From: Macrostomum lignano
Lineage: Eukaryota
Direction: 5' to 3'
NCBI GenBank assembly: GCA_002269645.1
Contig: NIVC01002579.1
Coordinates: 62,001 to 126,000 of the forward strand
DNA length: 64,000 bases
The position numbers and the translations under genes were made by a program. The notes below the pieces were generated by a model. That model saw nothing but the letters and a program-made list of their open reading frames with translations. It did no database searches and was not told the DNA's origin. Shown here piece by piece: positions 1 to 13,000 of the stretch (position 1 is its first letter; each line of letters opens with the position of its first letter).

Positions 1-232
1 AAGAATCTACCCTACCAAAGAATCTACCCTACCGAAGAATCTACCCTAACTAATCTATCTACCCTAAAGAGGATATACCCTACCCTAGGAATCTACCCTA
101 CCCTAGGAATCTACCCTACCCTAGGAATCTACCCCACCCTAGGAATCTACCCTACCCTAGGAATCTACCCTACTAAGAAGTCTACCTATACAATTCTAAC
201 CTGTCTACCCCAGAAATCTGTGTAGGAATCTA
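1..232. repeat. Degenerate ~18-bp tandem repeat (CTACCCTACCCTAGGAAT-like), truncated by window start
   Basis: Repeated GAATCTACCCTACCCTAG units visible from base 1 to ~232. Confidence 0.75.
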
Positions 233-796
233 CCTATCATCTCACTACTCCCCAACAGATACTACTTTGAACTGCGCAGTCTTGTAACTGCGCACGGCAT
301 GGGGCAGCCGGCCGGCCGCCTGACGCGCGATCGAGCCGCCTGCCTCGGCCTCGGCCGGGAATTCTCTGGCAGCTCGGCCGCCAGGCCGCAACAGGCTTCG
401 GCGCAGCAGCAACAGCAGCAGCAGGTGTCGGCTGTTGCTGTACCCGCGGCTGCTTCTAGTAGCAGCGGTGGAACAGCAAAGCCGGCTGCTTCAGTGATTC
501 AGGCTGCCAGAGTAAGGCGGGCCGCGTCGTGTCAGCAGCTGCAGCAAGCGCCGGCGCCTTTCGTGCTGTCCTGAATGTTTTAAAAATATTTTAATAGCGT
601 TTAAATTCGGATTTTCATGTCGATGCTGTTTTATTTTGGACTGTACATATTGCACTACTATTAGTAGCTGGAACTATGGATATCTGCTGCTGCAGATTCT
701 ACTATGGAGCTTGTCGCGCGTACAGTAAGTATACTGGCTGAATCTAAAAAGAGTCAGGGCCGCTATATAGACTCTGGACCAGCGCGAGTGCCTGTC

Positions 797-1305
797 TGCG
801 TTATTAACTGCCCACTCTAACCCTAATCTAAACCCTAATCTAAACCCTAAACCTAACCATAAATCTAATCTAAACCCTAAACCTAAATCTAACCTAAACC
901 CTAACCTACCTAAACCTACCTAAACCTACCTAAACCCTAAACCTAACCCCAAATCTAACCTAACCCTAACCTAACCTAAACCTAACCTAAACCCTAAACC
1001 TAACTTAAACCTAACCTAAACCTACCTAAACCTACCGAAACCCTAAACCTAACTCAAACCTAACCTAAACCTACATAAACTCTTAACCTAACCTAAACCC
1101 TGACCCTAAATCTAACCTGAACCTAACCTAAACCCTAAACCCAAATTTAACCCTATACCTAACCTAAACCCTAAACCCAAATTTAACCCTATACCTAACC
1201 TAAACCCTAACCTAAGCCTCAAACCTAACCTAAACTATGAACTTAACCTAAAACCTTACCCTAACAACCTAAAGCCTAGCTCTAGCAACCTAAACCCTAA
1301 ACTAA
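797..1305. repeat. Degenerate telomere-like interstitial repeat (CCCTAA/CCCTAAA/CCTAA mixture)
   Basis: Runs such as CTAAACCCTAAACCTAACC; internal position with unique sequence on both sides. Confidence 0.75.
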
Positions 1306-1989
1306 ATCATCGGGAGTGGATTGTACTCCCCCTGCGTACACATCTGTGTCCGTTGTCAGGGATCAGCTGATTGACCATTACTGCTAGCCTCCTCGATGGC
1401 TGCTGATCGGTGAACTGTCAAGTTGATTTGCTGCTTTGCTTTGTCCACAGCCCCCGTGCAAATAAGCTTAACTAGCTAAGTCTCTAGTCTTAGAAGTCCC
1501 TACTAAATGTAGAATTCATGCGAAGGATATTGAAGCTCCAGTACCTGTTCTGTTTGGCACTGTGATTTCTCTTTGCGGTTATATACTACTAAACTTATAT
1601 CTTAACTGCTAGTCACTTCTTCTCTCATCACTGAAAGTAAATTTATTGCCTTTACCTGTCTGCTTTTGCGCGCGTAGTTTGTTCCCAACCCTGCTTCATA
1701 CAATACCGGCTAGTGTACAGATTTTAGCGTACATTTTGTGTACTTTACTGTATTTAATAAACTAATAATATTGTGTCTTACAAATAGTTCTGCTATCTTA
1801 TTGGCTTTTTATAAGTAGTACATGTAGTACGGTGTATCGACATATCTTAAAATTAAGTTAAATTTTAACTTATCGATTTTCTGTCAATGGTTTTTTATGT
1901 ATGCAACGCGCGGTTAGCGTTTAGATTAGATTAAAGTTATTATTATTTTTTTATAATCTCAATTTCTAGTGGCAGGCTCTACTCATCCT

Positions 1990-2470
1990 AATGACCTTGT
2001 ATTTGAATTTTTTCTATTGACCTTAAAAATCTGTTTGTGACCTTGAGTAGCCTAGTTTTGGGGCCTTAAACTAAAGTCCTCATGGCCTATTTAAGGTCAT
2101 ATGACGTTGAAAAGCTTAATAACCTCAGTGGCGTGATCACCTTAAATAGCCTAATGACCTTAAATGACCTAGTGACCTTGAAAGGCCTCGCGACCTTTAA
2201 TGACCCTTAACCTTAAATGCCCCCGAAATTTTTATCAACCGTGACCTTAAATGACCTTTTATAACCTATGAAATTTGACCCGTGACCTTAATTGACCTCG
2301 CGACCTTAAATGACCTCGCGACCTTTTATGACATGACATTTGACCCCGTGACTAAATGGCCTCCTTGACCTTTAATGGTCACACCACTTTTTTACCCCGT
2401 GACCTTAAATGACCTCATGATTTTTTATGACCCATGACCTTAAATAACGGCCAAATACCAATGAAATGCG
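1990..2470. repeat. TGACCT(T)-rich low-complexity repeat, probably a remnant of an interspersed element
   Basis: Many TGACCT/TGACCC motifs at irregular spacing, plus one inverted copy (TTTAAGGTCA near 2090-2100). Confidence 0.5.
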
Positions 2471-3035
2471 AATGTCATGACCCCTGCCATTGTGCTTGTC
2501 ATATTGCAGCTTGCCCTTCTGAAATTCGCGGTGCCTCTGTCCTAGTTATTGCGTCCTTATAATTTTTAATAGCTTCTGTTGCACCCAATATAAATGCTTC
2601 ATATTCTTTGTTTTCTTGTAAACACACGTATCTCTTATAAAATACAATTGTAATCTGTTTCTTAGCTTTGGCCTCCAGAATAATTTTTTTCTATTTGGTT
2701 GGCTTTCTATATGCCTGCATTTTTTGCGCGTTCGTTTCTGGCCTTATCTTATTTGAATTATTAATTAATATTTAATATAACAATTTACTAAATTCATATT
2801 AACATACGCGCTAGATTCTGCTTATTTATCGCCTGAATACAACCGATTGTAGTTGCTATGGTATCGCCAGTTTGGGTCAATGGTCATCATGTTTGTGAGG
2901 CCCGTAAATTATCCACCAAGGCCTGAGATTTCACTTTTTGCTATTTTATTTACGGTTTCAATTAACGAACAATTTTAAAAATTGGCATCATACAACACTG
3001 CGACTGTTTAGTCAGGCGCTGAGTCAGCCAATGAA

Positions 3036-5762
3036 TTCAGCCATTTAGCCAGTCACTGAGTTCAGCCATTTAGCCAGTCAGTCACTGAGTTCAGTCATTT
3101 AGCCAGCCAGTCACTGAGTTCAGCCATTTAGCCAGCCAGTCACTGAGTTCAGCCATTTAGCCAGTCAGTCACTGAGTTCAGCCATTTAGCCAGCCAGTCA
3201 CTGAGTTCAGCCATTTAGCCAGTCAGTCACTGAGTTCAGTCATTTAGCCAGCCAGTCACTGAGTTCAGCCATTTAGCCAGCCAGTCACTGAGTTCAGCCA
3301 TTTAGCCAGTCGGTCACTGAGTTCAGCCATTTAGCCAGTCACTGAGTTCAGCCATTTAGCCAGTCACTGAGTTCAGCCATTTAGCCAGTCACTGAGTTCA
3401 GCCATTTAGCCAGTCACTGAGTTCAGCCATTTAGCCAGTCAGTCACTGAGTTCAGCCATTCAGCCAGTCACTGAGTTCAGTCATTTAGCCAGTCAGTCAC
3501 TGAGTTCAGTCATTTAGCCAGTCACTGAGTTCAGTCATTTAGCCAGCCAGTCACTGAGTTCAGCCATTTAGCCAGTCAGTCACTGAGTTCAGCCATTCAG
3601 CCAGTCACTGAGTTCAGTCATTTAGCCAGTCAGTCACTGAGTTCAGTCATTTAGCCAGTCACTGAGTTCAGTCATTTAGCCAGCCAGTCACTGAGTTCAG
3701 CCATTTAGCCAGTCAGTCACTGAGTTCAGCCATTTAGCCAGTCACTGAGTTCAGCCATTTAGCCAGTCACTGAGTTCAGCCATTTAGCCAGTCAGTCACT
3801 GAGTTCAGTCATTTAGCCAGTCACTGAGTTCAGCCATTCAGCCAGTCACTGAGTTCAGTCATTTAGCCAGTCAGTCACTGAGTTCAGTCATTTAGCCAGT
3901 CACTGAGTTCAGCCATTTAGCCAGTCAGTCACTGAGTTCAGCCATTTAGCCAGTCACTGAGTTCAGCCATTTAGCCAGTCACTGAGTTCAGCCATTTAGC
4001 CAGTCACTGAGTTCAGCCATTTAGCCAGTCACTGAGTTCAGCCATTTAGCCAGTCAGTCACTGAGTTCAGTCATTTAGCCAGCCAGTCACTGAGTTCAGC
4101 CATTTAGCCAGCCAGTCACTGAGTTCAGCCATTTAGCCAGTCAGTCACTGAGTTCAGCCATTTAGCCAGCCAGTCACTGAGTTCAGCCATTTAGCCAGTC
4201 AGTCACTGAGTTCAGTCATTTAGCCAGCCAGTCACTGAGTTCAGCCATTTAGCCAGCCAGTCACTGAGTTCAGCCATTTAGCCAGTCAGTCACTGAGTTC
4301 AGCCATTTAGCCAGTCACTGAGTTCAGCCATTTAGCCAGTCACTGAGTTCAGCCATTTAGCCAGTCACTGAGTTCAGCCATTTAGCCAGTCACTGAGTTC
4401 AGCCATTTAGCCAGTCAGTCACTGAGTTCAGCCATTCAGCCAGTCACTGAGTTCAGTCATTTAGCCAGTCAGTCACTGAGTTCAGTCATTTAGCCAGTCA
4501 CTGAGTTCAGTCATTTAGCCAGCCAGTCACTGAGTTCAGCCATTTAGCCAGTCAGTCACTGAGTTCAGCCATTCAGCCAGTCACTGAGTTCAGTCATTTA
4601 GCCAGTCAGTCACTGAGTTCAGTCATTTAGCCAGTCACTGAGTTCAGTCATTTAGCCAGCCAGTCACTGAGTTCAGCCATTTAGCCAGTCAGTCACTGAG
4701 TTCAGCCATTTAGCCAGTCACTGAGTTCAGCCATTTAGCCAGTCACTGAGTTCAGCCATTTAGCCAGTCAGTCACTGAGTTCAGTCATTTAGCCAGTCAC
4801 TGAGTTCAGCCATTCAGCCAGTCACTGAGTTCAGTCATTTAGCCAGTCAGTCACTGAGTTCAGTCATTTAGCCAGTCACTGAGTTCAGCCATTTAGCCAG
4901 TCAGTCACTGAGTTCAGCCATTTAGCCAGTCAGTCACTGAGTTCAGCCATTCAGCCAGTCACTGAGTTCAGCCATTTAGCCAGTCACTGAGTTCAGCCAT
5001 TTAGCCAGTCACTGAGTTCAGCCATTTAGCCAGTCACTGAGTTCAGCCATTTAGCCAGTCAGTCACTGAGTTCAGCCATTCAGCCAGTCACTGAGTTCAG
5101 TCATTTAGCCAGTCAGTCACTGAGTTCAGTCATTTAGCCAGTCACTGAGTTCAGTCATTTAGCCAGTCACTGAGTTCAGCCATTTAGCCAGTCACTGAGT
5201 TCAGTCATTTAGCCAGTCACTGAGTTCAGCCATTTAGCCAGTCACTGAGTTCAGCCATTTAGCCAGTCACTGAGTTCAGCCATTTAGCCAGTCAGTCACT
5301 GAGTTCAGTCATTTAGCCAGTCACTGAGTTCAGCCATTTAGCCAGTCACTGAGTTCAGCCATTCAGCCAGTCACTGAGTTCAGCCATTTAGCCAGTCAGT
5401 CACTGAGTTCAGCCATTCAGCCAGTCACTGAGTTCAGCCATTTAGCCAGTCAGTCACTGAGTTCAGCCATTCAGCCAGTCACTGAGTTCAGTCATTTAGC
5501 CAGTCAGTCACTGAGTTCAGTCATTTAGCCAGTCACTGAGTTCAGCCATTTAGCCAGTCAGTCACTGAGTTCAGCCATTTAGCCAGTCACTGAGTTCAGC
5601 CATTTAACCAGTCACTGAGTTCAGCCATTTAGCCAGTCACTGAGTTCAGCCATTTAACCAGTCACTGAGTTCAGCCATTTAGCCAGTCACTGAGTTCAGC
5701 CATTTAACCAGTCACTGAGTTCAGCCATTTAGCCAGTCACTGAGTTCAGCCATTTAGTCAGT
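3036..5762. repeat. 25/29-bp minisatellite (AGCCAGTCACTGAGTTCAGCCATTT with optional extra GTCA/GCCA)
   Basis: About 100 tandem units; contains a higher-order duplication with 976-bp period. Confidence 0.95.
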
Positions 5763-5953
5763 CGCTCATTTGAGCTCCGCATCCAATAAAACCATCCCCC
5801 CGGTGATTGAGCTTCTCTGATTCGCCAAAGTCTCGACCTCATCCTGTATATACAGGACAGTCTAGTCGGATTTACTTATGACAGTCTGAATTCATAATTA
5901 AGTCACCTCTGCAATAGAAAAAGCAGCAAAGCGGATCAGTCAATCGAAGAGCC

Positions 5954-6253
5954 ATGTCCGACTGGCATCTGTTCCCCGGCGACAGAATCGTCGCCCTCGC
6001 CGCTTGCCTCCTGGTCGGCCTCGCTTTAGTCTACGCCGCATTCCGCTGTTGCCTCAGCAACGGCCGAGTAGAACTATTCGTCCGGGCCGCTGACCCCGCC
6101 GAGAGTCGCCGCGGCGGAGCCTCCGCCGTCTCGACTGGCGACCTGAGCGAAGTGGAGGTGATCTGGAGCGAGGACGAGTACGAGTACTGCCGCAGGTGCG
6201 ACGCCTTCCTGCCCGTGCAGGCGCCCCCGGCAGCGGCGTCAACCGCGGTCTGA
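5954..6253 (+). CDS. Small single-pass membrane protein, 99 aa, orphan
   Basis: GC-rich intronless ORF, start context GAGCCATG, hydrophobic stretch IVALAACLLVGLALVYAAF, acidic patch and CRRC motif. No family recognised. Confidence 0.5.
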   Translation: MSDWHLFPGDRIVALAACLLVGLALVYAAFRCCLSNGRVELFVRAADPAESRRGGASAVSTGDLSEVEVIWSEDEYEYCRRCDAFLPVQAPPAAASTAV

Positions 6254-6269
6254 GAGAGCGCAGCCTGGC

Positions 6270-6392
6270 CTGTCTGTCTGTCTGTCTGTGTCTGTCTTAG
6301 TGTGTGTCTGTGTGTCTGTCTGTCTGTCTGTCTGTCTCTCTGTCTGTCTTAGTGTCTGTCTTAGTGCCTGTTCGTCTGTCTGTCTGTCTGTC
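6270..6392. repeat. (TGTC)n microsatellite with TTAGTG interruptions
   Basis: Direct reading of the sequence. Confidence 0.85.
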
Positions 6393-7068
6393 CATCATAC
6401 TAACAGAGCACTCTCACAGTATATTACAGATTCGCACTACCCGGTCCTCAATGCCCAATATTGTTAAAATACTGTATATGTTGTGCAGAAGTTGGTCTTT
6501 CACCTGCAAGCTGGGTCTTAGGATTCAAAGCGCAATAAAGCTATACAACACGCGGTACACCTGCTACTTGTGCACTCGTACCGATGAGACGTAATTTCTT
6601 GTGTCTCTATGCTGAAGTGTACTTTTATTCAGCTGGATAAAGTTTCAATGGAACTTTCTGAGACAGGCATTTTAGTTTCATTACTCTCCTAGAGCCTAAC
6701 AGGCAGGCAAACGGTTTGATTAACTAATGAGTGTCCATGACCACCTGTCATGGAGTTGTCAAGTAGAGAGTTGACTCGCAGACCGATATCGGAGGCAGGC
6801 ATTCCTGTCCATTCCGTTGACCCTTGAGCACCTTGAGCTCAAGTGATGTAGAAGGATACTGTATTTTTGTTTTAATTCTGCTTCTCCAACAAAGAAGCAA
6901 AGGTTAGCCGTGTAGTGTTTTTGGAGTTTAAGGGAAAAAATGTTGTGAGACAGCTGGAGTAGCTCTGTTACTGGGAGGCGCGTGGACAGGGCTCTGATTG
7001 GAAAATCTGATCAACTTCGAACCGTATTGAACCAGCTGTTGAGGATTAAACGAGCAATGCTTGCGCTG

Positions 7069-10000
7069 CAGAAAGCACTCGATTCTTGCAATGTCTGGCA
7101 CTCTGGACTCAGAAAGCACTCGATTCTTGCAATGTCTGGCACTCTGGACTCAGAAAGCACTCGATTCTTGCAATGTCTGGCACTCTGGACTCAGAAAGCA
7201 CTCGATTCTTGCAATGTCTGGCACTCTGGACTCAGAAAGCACTCGATTCTTGCAATGTCTGGCACTCTGGACTCAGAAAGCACTCGATTCTTGCAATGTC
7301 TGGCACTCTGGACTCAGAAAGCACTCGATTCTTGCAATGTCTGGCACTCTGGACTCAGAAAGCACTCGATTCTTGCAATGTCTGGCACTCTGGACTCAGA
7401 AAGCACTTGATTCTTGCAATGTCTGGCACTCTGGACTCAGAAAGCACTCGATTCTTGCAATGTCTGGCACTCTGGACTCAGAAAGCACTCGATTCTTGCA
7501 ATGTCTCGCAATCTGGACTCAGAAAGCACTCGATTCTTGCAATGTCTGGCACTCTGGACTCAGAAAGCACTCGATTCTTGCAATGTCTGGCACTCTGGAC
7601 TCAGAAAGCACTCGATTCTTGCAATGTCTGGCACTCTGGACTCAGAAAGCACTCGATTCTTGCAATGTCTGGCACTCTGGACTCAGAAAGCACTCGATTC
7701 TTGCAATGTCTGGCACTCTGGACTCAGAAAGCACTCGATTCTTGCAATGTCTGGCACTCTGGACTCAGAAAGCACTCGATTCTTGCAATGTCTGGCACTC
7801 TGGACTCAGAAAGCACTCGATTCTTGCAATGTCTGGCACTCTGGACTCAGAAAGCACTCGATTCTTGCAATGTCTGGCACTCTGGACTCAGAAAGCACTC
7901 ATTCTTGCAATGTCTGGCACTCTGGACTCAGAAAGCACTCATTCTTGCAATGTCTGGCACTCTGGACTCAGAAAGCACTCGATTCTTGCAATGTCTGGCA
8001 CTCTGGACTCAGAAAGCACTCGATTCTTGCAATGTCTGGCACTCTGGACTCAGAAAGCACTCGATTCTTGCAATGTCTGGCACTCTGGACTCAGAAAGCA
8101 CTCGATTCTTGCAATGTCTGGCACTCTGGACTCAGAAAGCACTCGATTCTTGCAATGTCTGGCACTCTGGACTCAGAAAGCACTCGATTCTTGCAATGTC
8201 TGGCACTCTGGACTCAGAAAGCACTCGATTCTTGCAATGTCTGGCACTCTGGACTCAGAAAGCACTCGATTCTTGCAATGTCTGGCACTCTGGACTCAGA
8301 AAGCACTCGATTCTTGCAATGTCTGGCACTCTGGACTCAGAAAGCACTCGATTCTTGCAATGTCTGGCACTCTGGACTCAGAAAGCACTCGATTCTTGCA
8401 ATGTCTGGCACTCTGGACTCAGAAAGCACTCGATTCTTGCAATGTCTGGCACTCTGGACTCAGAAAGCACTCGATTCTTGCAATGTCTGGCACTCTGGAC
8501 TCAGAAAGCACTCGATTCTTGCAATGTCTGGCACTCTGGACTCAGAAAGCACTCGATTCTTGCAATGTCTGGCACTCTGGACTCAGAAAGCACTCGATTC
8601 TTGCAATGTCTGGCACTCTGGACTCAGAAAGCACTCGATTCTTGCAATGTCTGGCACTCTGGACTCAGAAAGCACTCGATTCTTGCAATGTCTGGCACTC
8701 TGGACTCAGAAAGCACTCGATTCTTGCAATGTCTGGCACTCTGGACTCAGAAAGCACTCGATTCTTGCAATGTCTGGCACTCTGGACTCAGAAAGCACTC
8801 GATTCTTGCAATGTCTGGCACTCTGGACTCAGAAAGCACTCGATTCTTGCAATGTCTGGCACTCTGGACTCAGAAAGCACTCGATTCTTGCAATGTCTGG
8901 CACTCTGGACTCAGAAAGCACTCGATTCTTGCAATGTCTGGCACTCTGGACTCAGAAAGCACTCGATTCTTGCAATGTCTGGCACTCTGGACTCAGAAAG
9001 CACTCGATTCTTGCAATGTCTGGCACTCTGGACTCAGAAAGCACTCGATTCTTGCAATGTCTGGCACTCTGGACTCAGAAAGCACTCGATTCTTGCAATG
9101 TCTGGCACTCTGGACTCAGAAAGCACTCGATTCTTGCAATGTCTGGCACTCTGGACTCAGAAAGCACTCGATTCTTGCAATGTCTGGCACTCTGGACTCA
9201 GAAAGCACTCGATTCTTGCAATGTCTGGCACTCTGGACTCAGAAAGCACTCGATTCTTGCAATGTCTGGCACTCTGGACTCAGAAAGCACTCGATTCTTG
9301 CAATGTCTGGCACTCTGGACTCAGAAAGCACTCGATTCTTGCAATGTCTGGCACTCTGGACTCAGAAAGCACTCGATTCTTGCAATGTCTGGCACTCTGG
9401 ACTCAGAAAGCACTCGATTCTTGCAATGTCTGGCACTCTGGACTCAGAAAGCACTCGATTCTTGCAATGTCTGGCACTCTGGACTCAGAAAGCACTCGAT
9501 TCTTGCAATGTCTGGCACTCTGGACTCAGAAAGCACTCGATTCTTGCAATGTCTGGCACTCTGGACTCAGAAAGCACTCGATTCTTGCAATGTCTGGCAC
9601 TCTGGACTCAGAAAGCACTCGATTCTTGCAATGTCTGGCACTCTGGACTCAGAAAGCACTCGATTCTTGCAATGTCTGGCACTCTGGACTCAGAAAGCAC
9701 TCGATTCTTGCAATGTCTGGCACTCTGGACTCAGAAAGCACTCGATTCTTGCAATGTCTGGCACTCTGGACTCAGAAAGCACTCGATTCTTGCAATGTCT
9801 GGCACTCTGGACTCAGAAAGCACTCGATTCTTGCAATGTCTGGCACTCTGGACTCAGAAAGCACTCGATTCTTGCAATGTCTGGCACTCTGGACTCAGAA
9901 AGCACTCGATTCTTGCAATGTCTGGCACTCTGGACTCAGAAAGCACTCGATTCTTGCAATGTCTGGCACTCTGGACTCAGAAAGCACTCGATTCTTGCAA

Positions 10001-13000
10001 TGTCTGGCACTCTGGACTCAGAAAGCACTCGATTCTTGCAATGTCTGGCACTCTGGACTCAGAAAGCACTCGATTCTTGCAATGTCTGGCACTCTGGACT
10101 CAGAAAGCACTCGATTCTTGCAATGTCTGGCACTCTGGACTCAGAAAGCACTCGATTCTTGCAATGTCTGGCACTCTGGACTCAGAAAGCACTCGATTCT
10201 TGCAATGTCTGGCACTCTGGACTCAGAAAGCACTCGATTCTTGCAATGTCTGGCACTCTGGACTCAGAAAGCACTCGATTCTTGCAATGTCTGGCACTCT
10301 GGACTCAGAAAGCACTCGATTCTTGCAATGTCTGGCACTCTGGACTCAGAAAGCACTCGATTCTTGCAATGTCTGGCACTCTGGACTCAGAAAGCACTCG
10401 ATTCTTGCAATGTCTGGCACTCTGGACTCAGAAAGCACTCGATTCTTGCAATGTCTGGCACTCTGGACTCAGAAAGCACTCGATTCTTGCAATGTCTGGC
10501 ACTCTGGACTCAGAAAGCACTCGATTCTTGCAATGTCTGGCACTCTGGACTCAGAAAGCACTCGATTCTTGCAATGTCTGGCACTCTGGACTCAGAAAGC
10601 ACTCGATTCTTGCAATGTCTGGCACTCTGGACTCAGAAAGCACTCGATTCTTGCAATGTCTGGCACTCTGGACTCAGAAAGCACTCGATTCTTGCAATGT
10701 CTGGCACTCTGGACTCAGAAAGCACTCGATTCTTGCAATGTCTGGCACTCTGGACTCAGAAAGCACTCGATTCTTGCAATGTCTGGCACTCTGGACTCAG
10801 AAAGCACTCGATTCTTGCAATGTCTGGCACTCTGGACTCAGAAAGCACTCGATTCTTGCAATGTCTGGCACTCTGGACTCAGAAAGCACTCGATTCTTGC
10901 AATGTCTGGCACTCTGGACTCAGAAAGCACTCGATTCTTGCAATGTCTGGCACTCTGGACTCAGAAAGCACTCGATTCTTGCAATGTCTGGCACTCTGGA
11001 CTCAGAAAGCACTCGATTCTTGCAATGTCTGGCACTCTGGACTCAGAAAGCACTCGATTCTTGCAATGTCTGGCACTCTGGACTCAGAAAGCACTCGATT
11101 CTTGCAATGTCTGGCACTCTGGACTCAGAAAGCACTCGATTCTTGCAATGTCTGGCACTCTGGACTCAGAAAGCACTCGATTCTTGCAATGTCTGGCACT
11201 CTGGACTCAGAAAGCACTCGATTCTTGCAATGTCTGGCACTCTGGACTCAGAAAGCACTCGATTCTTGCAATGTCTGGCACTCTGGACTCAGAAAGCACT
11301 CGATTCTTGCAATGTCTGGCACTCTGGACTCAGAAAGCACTCGATTCTTGCAATGTCTGGCACTCTGGACTCAGAAAGCACTCGATTCTTGCAATGTCTG
11401 GCACTCTGGACTCAGAAAGCACTCGATTCTTGCAATGTCTGGCACTCTGGACTCAGAAAGCACTCGATTCTTGCAATGTCTGGCACTCTGGACTCAGAAA
11501 GCACTCGATTCTTGCAATGTCTGGCACTCTGGACTCAGAAAGCACTCGATTCTTGCAATGTCTGGCACTCTGGACTCAGAAAGCACTCGATTCTTGCAAT
11601 GTCTGGCACTCTGGACTCAGAAAGCACTCGATTCTTGCAATGTCTGGCACTCTGGACTCAGAAAGCACTCGATTCTTGCAATGTCTGGCACTCTGGACTC
11701 AGAAAGCACTCGATTCTTGCAATGTCTGGCACTCTGGACTCAGAAAGCACTCGATTCTTGCAATGTCTGGCACTCTGGACTCAGAAAGCACTCGATTCTT
11801 GCAATGTCTGGCACTCTGGACTCAGAAAGCACTCGATTCTTGCAATGTCTGGCACTCTGGACTCAGAAAGCACTCGATTCTTGCAATGTCTGGCACTCTG
11901 GACTCAGAAAGCACTCGATTCTTGCAATGTCTGGCACTCTGGACTCAGAAAGCACTCGATTCTTGCAATGTCTGGCACTCTGGACTCAGAAAGCACTCGA
12001 TTCTTGCAATGTCTGGCACTCTGGACTCAGAAAGCACTCGATTCTTGCAATGTCTGGCACTCTGGACTCAGAAAGCACTCGATTCTTGCAATGTCTGGCA
12101 CTCTGGACTCAGAAAGCACTCGATTCTTGCAATGTCTGGCACTCTGGACTCAGAAAGCACTCGATTCTTGCAATGTCTGGCACTCTGGACTCAGAAAGCA
12201 CTCGATTCTTGCAATGTCTGGCACTCTGGACTCAGAAAGCACTCGATTCTTGCAATGTCTGGCACTCTGGACTCAGAAAGCACTCGATTCTTGCAATGTC
12301 TGGCACTCTGGACTCAGAAAGCACTCGATTCTTGCAATGTCTGGCACTCTGGACTCAGAAAGCACTCGATTCTTGCAATGTCTGGCACTCTGGACTCAGA
12401 AAGCACTCGATTCTTGCAATGTCTGGCACTCTGGACTCAGAAAGCACTCGATTCTTGCAATGTCTGGCACTCTGGACTCAGAAAGCACTCGATTCTTGCA
12501 ATGTCTGGCACTCTGGACTCAGAAAGCACTCGATTCTTGCAATGTCTGGCACTCTGGACTCAGAAAGCACTCGATTCTTGCAATGTCTGGCACTCTGGAC
12601 TCAGAAAGCACTCGATTCTTGCAATGTCTGGCACTCTGGACTCAGAAAGCACTCGATTCTTGCAATGTCTGGCACTCTGGACTCAGAAAGCACTCGATTC
12701 TTGCAATGTCTGGCACTCTGGACTCAGAAAGCACTCGATTCTTGCAATGTCTGGCACTCTGGACTCAGAAAGCACTCGATTCTTGCAATGTCTGGCACTC
12801 TGGACTCAGAAAGCACTCGATTCTTGCAATGTCTGGCACTCTGGACTCAGAAAGCACTCGATTCTTGCAATGTCTGGCACTCTGGACTCAGAAAGCACTC
12901 GATTCTTGCAATGTCTGGCACTCTGGACTCAGAAAGCACTCGATTCTTGCAATGTCTGGCACTCTGGACTCAGAAAGCACTCGATTCTTGCAATGTCTGG

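Noticed and set aside
299-574. 91-aa Ala/Gln-rich ORF as a gene
   Set aside because: Low complexity, no recognisable domain, flanked by repeats, and no convincing splice partners; it could be a stray exon but cannot be supported.
797-1305. True telomere or chromosome end
   Set aside because: The tract is degenerate and internal, with unique sequence on both sides.
1990-2470. TGACCT cluster as a nuclear-receptor response element array
   Set aside because: Spacing is irregular, TGACCT-rich repeats are common in invertebrate interspersed elements, and no adjacent promoter is identified.
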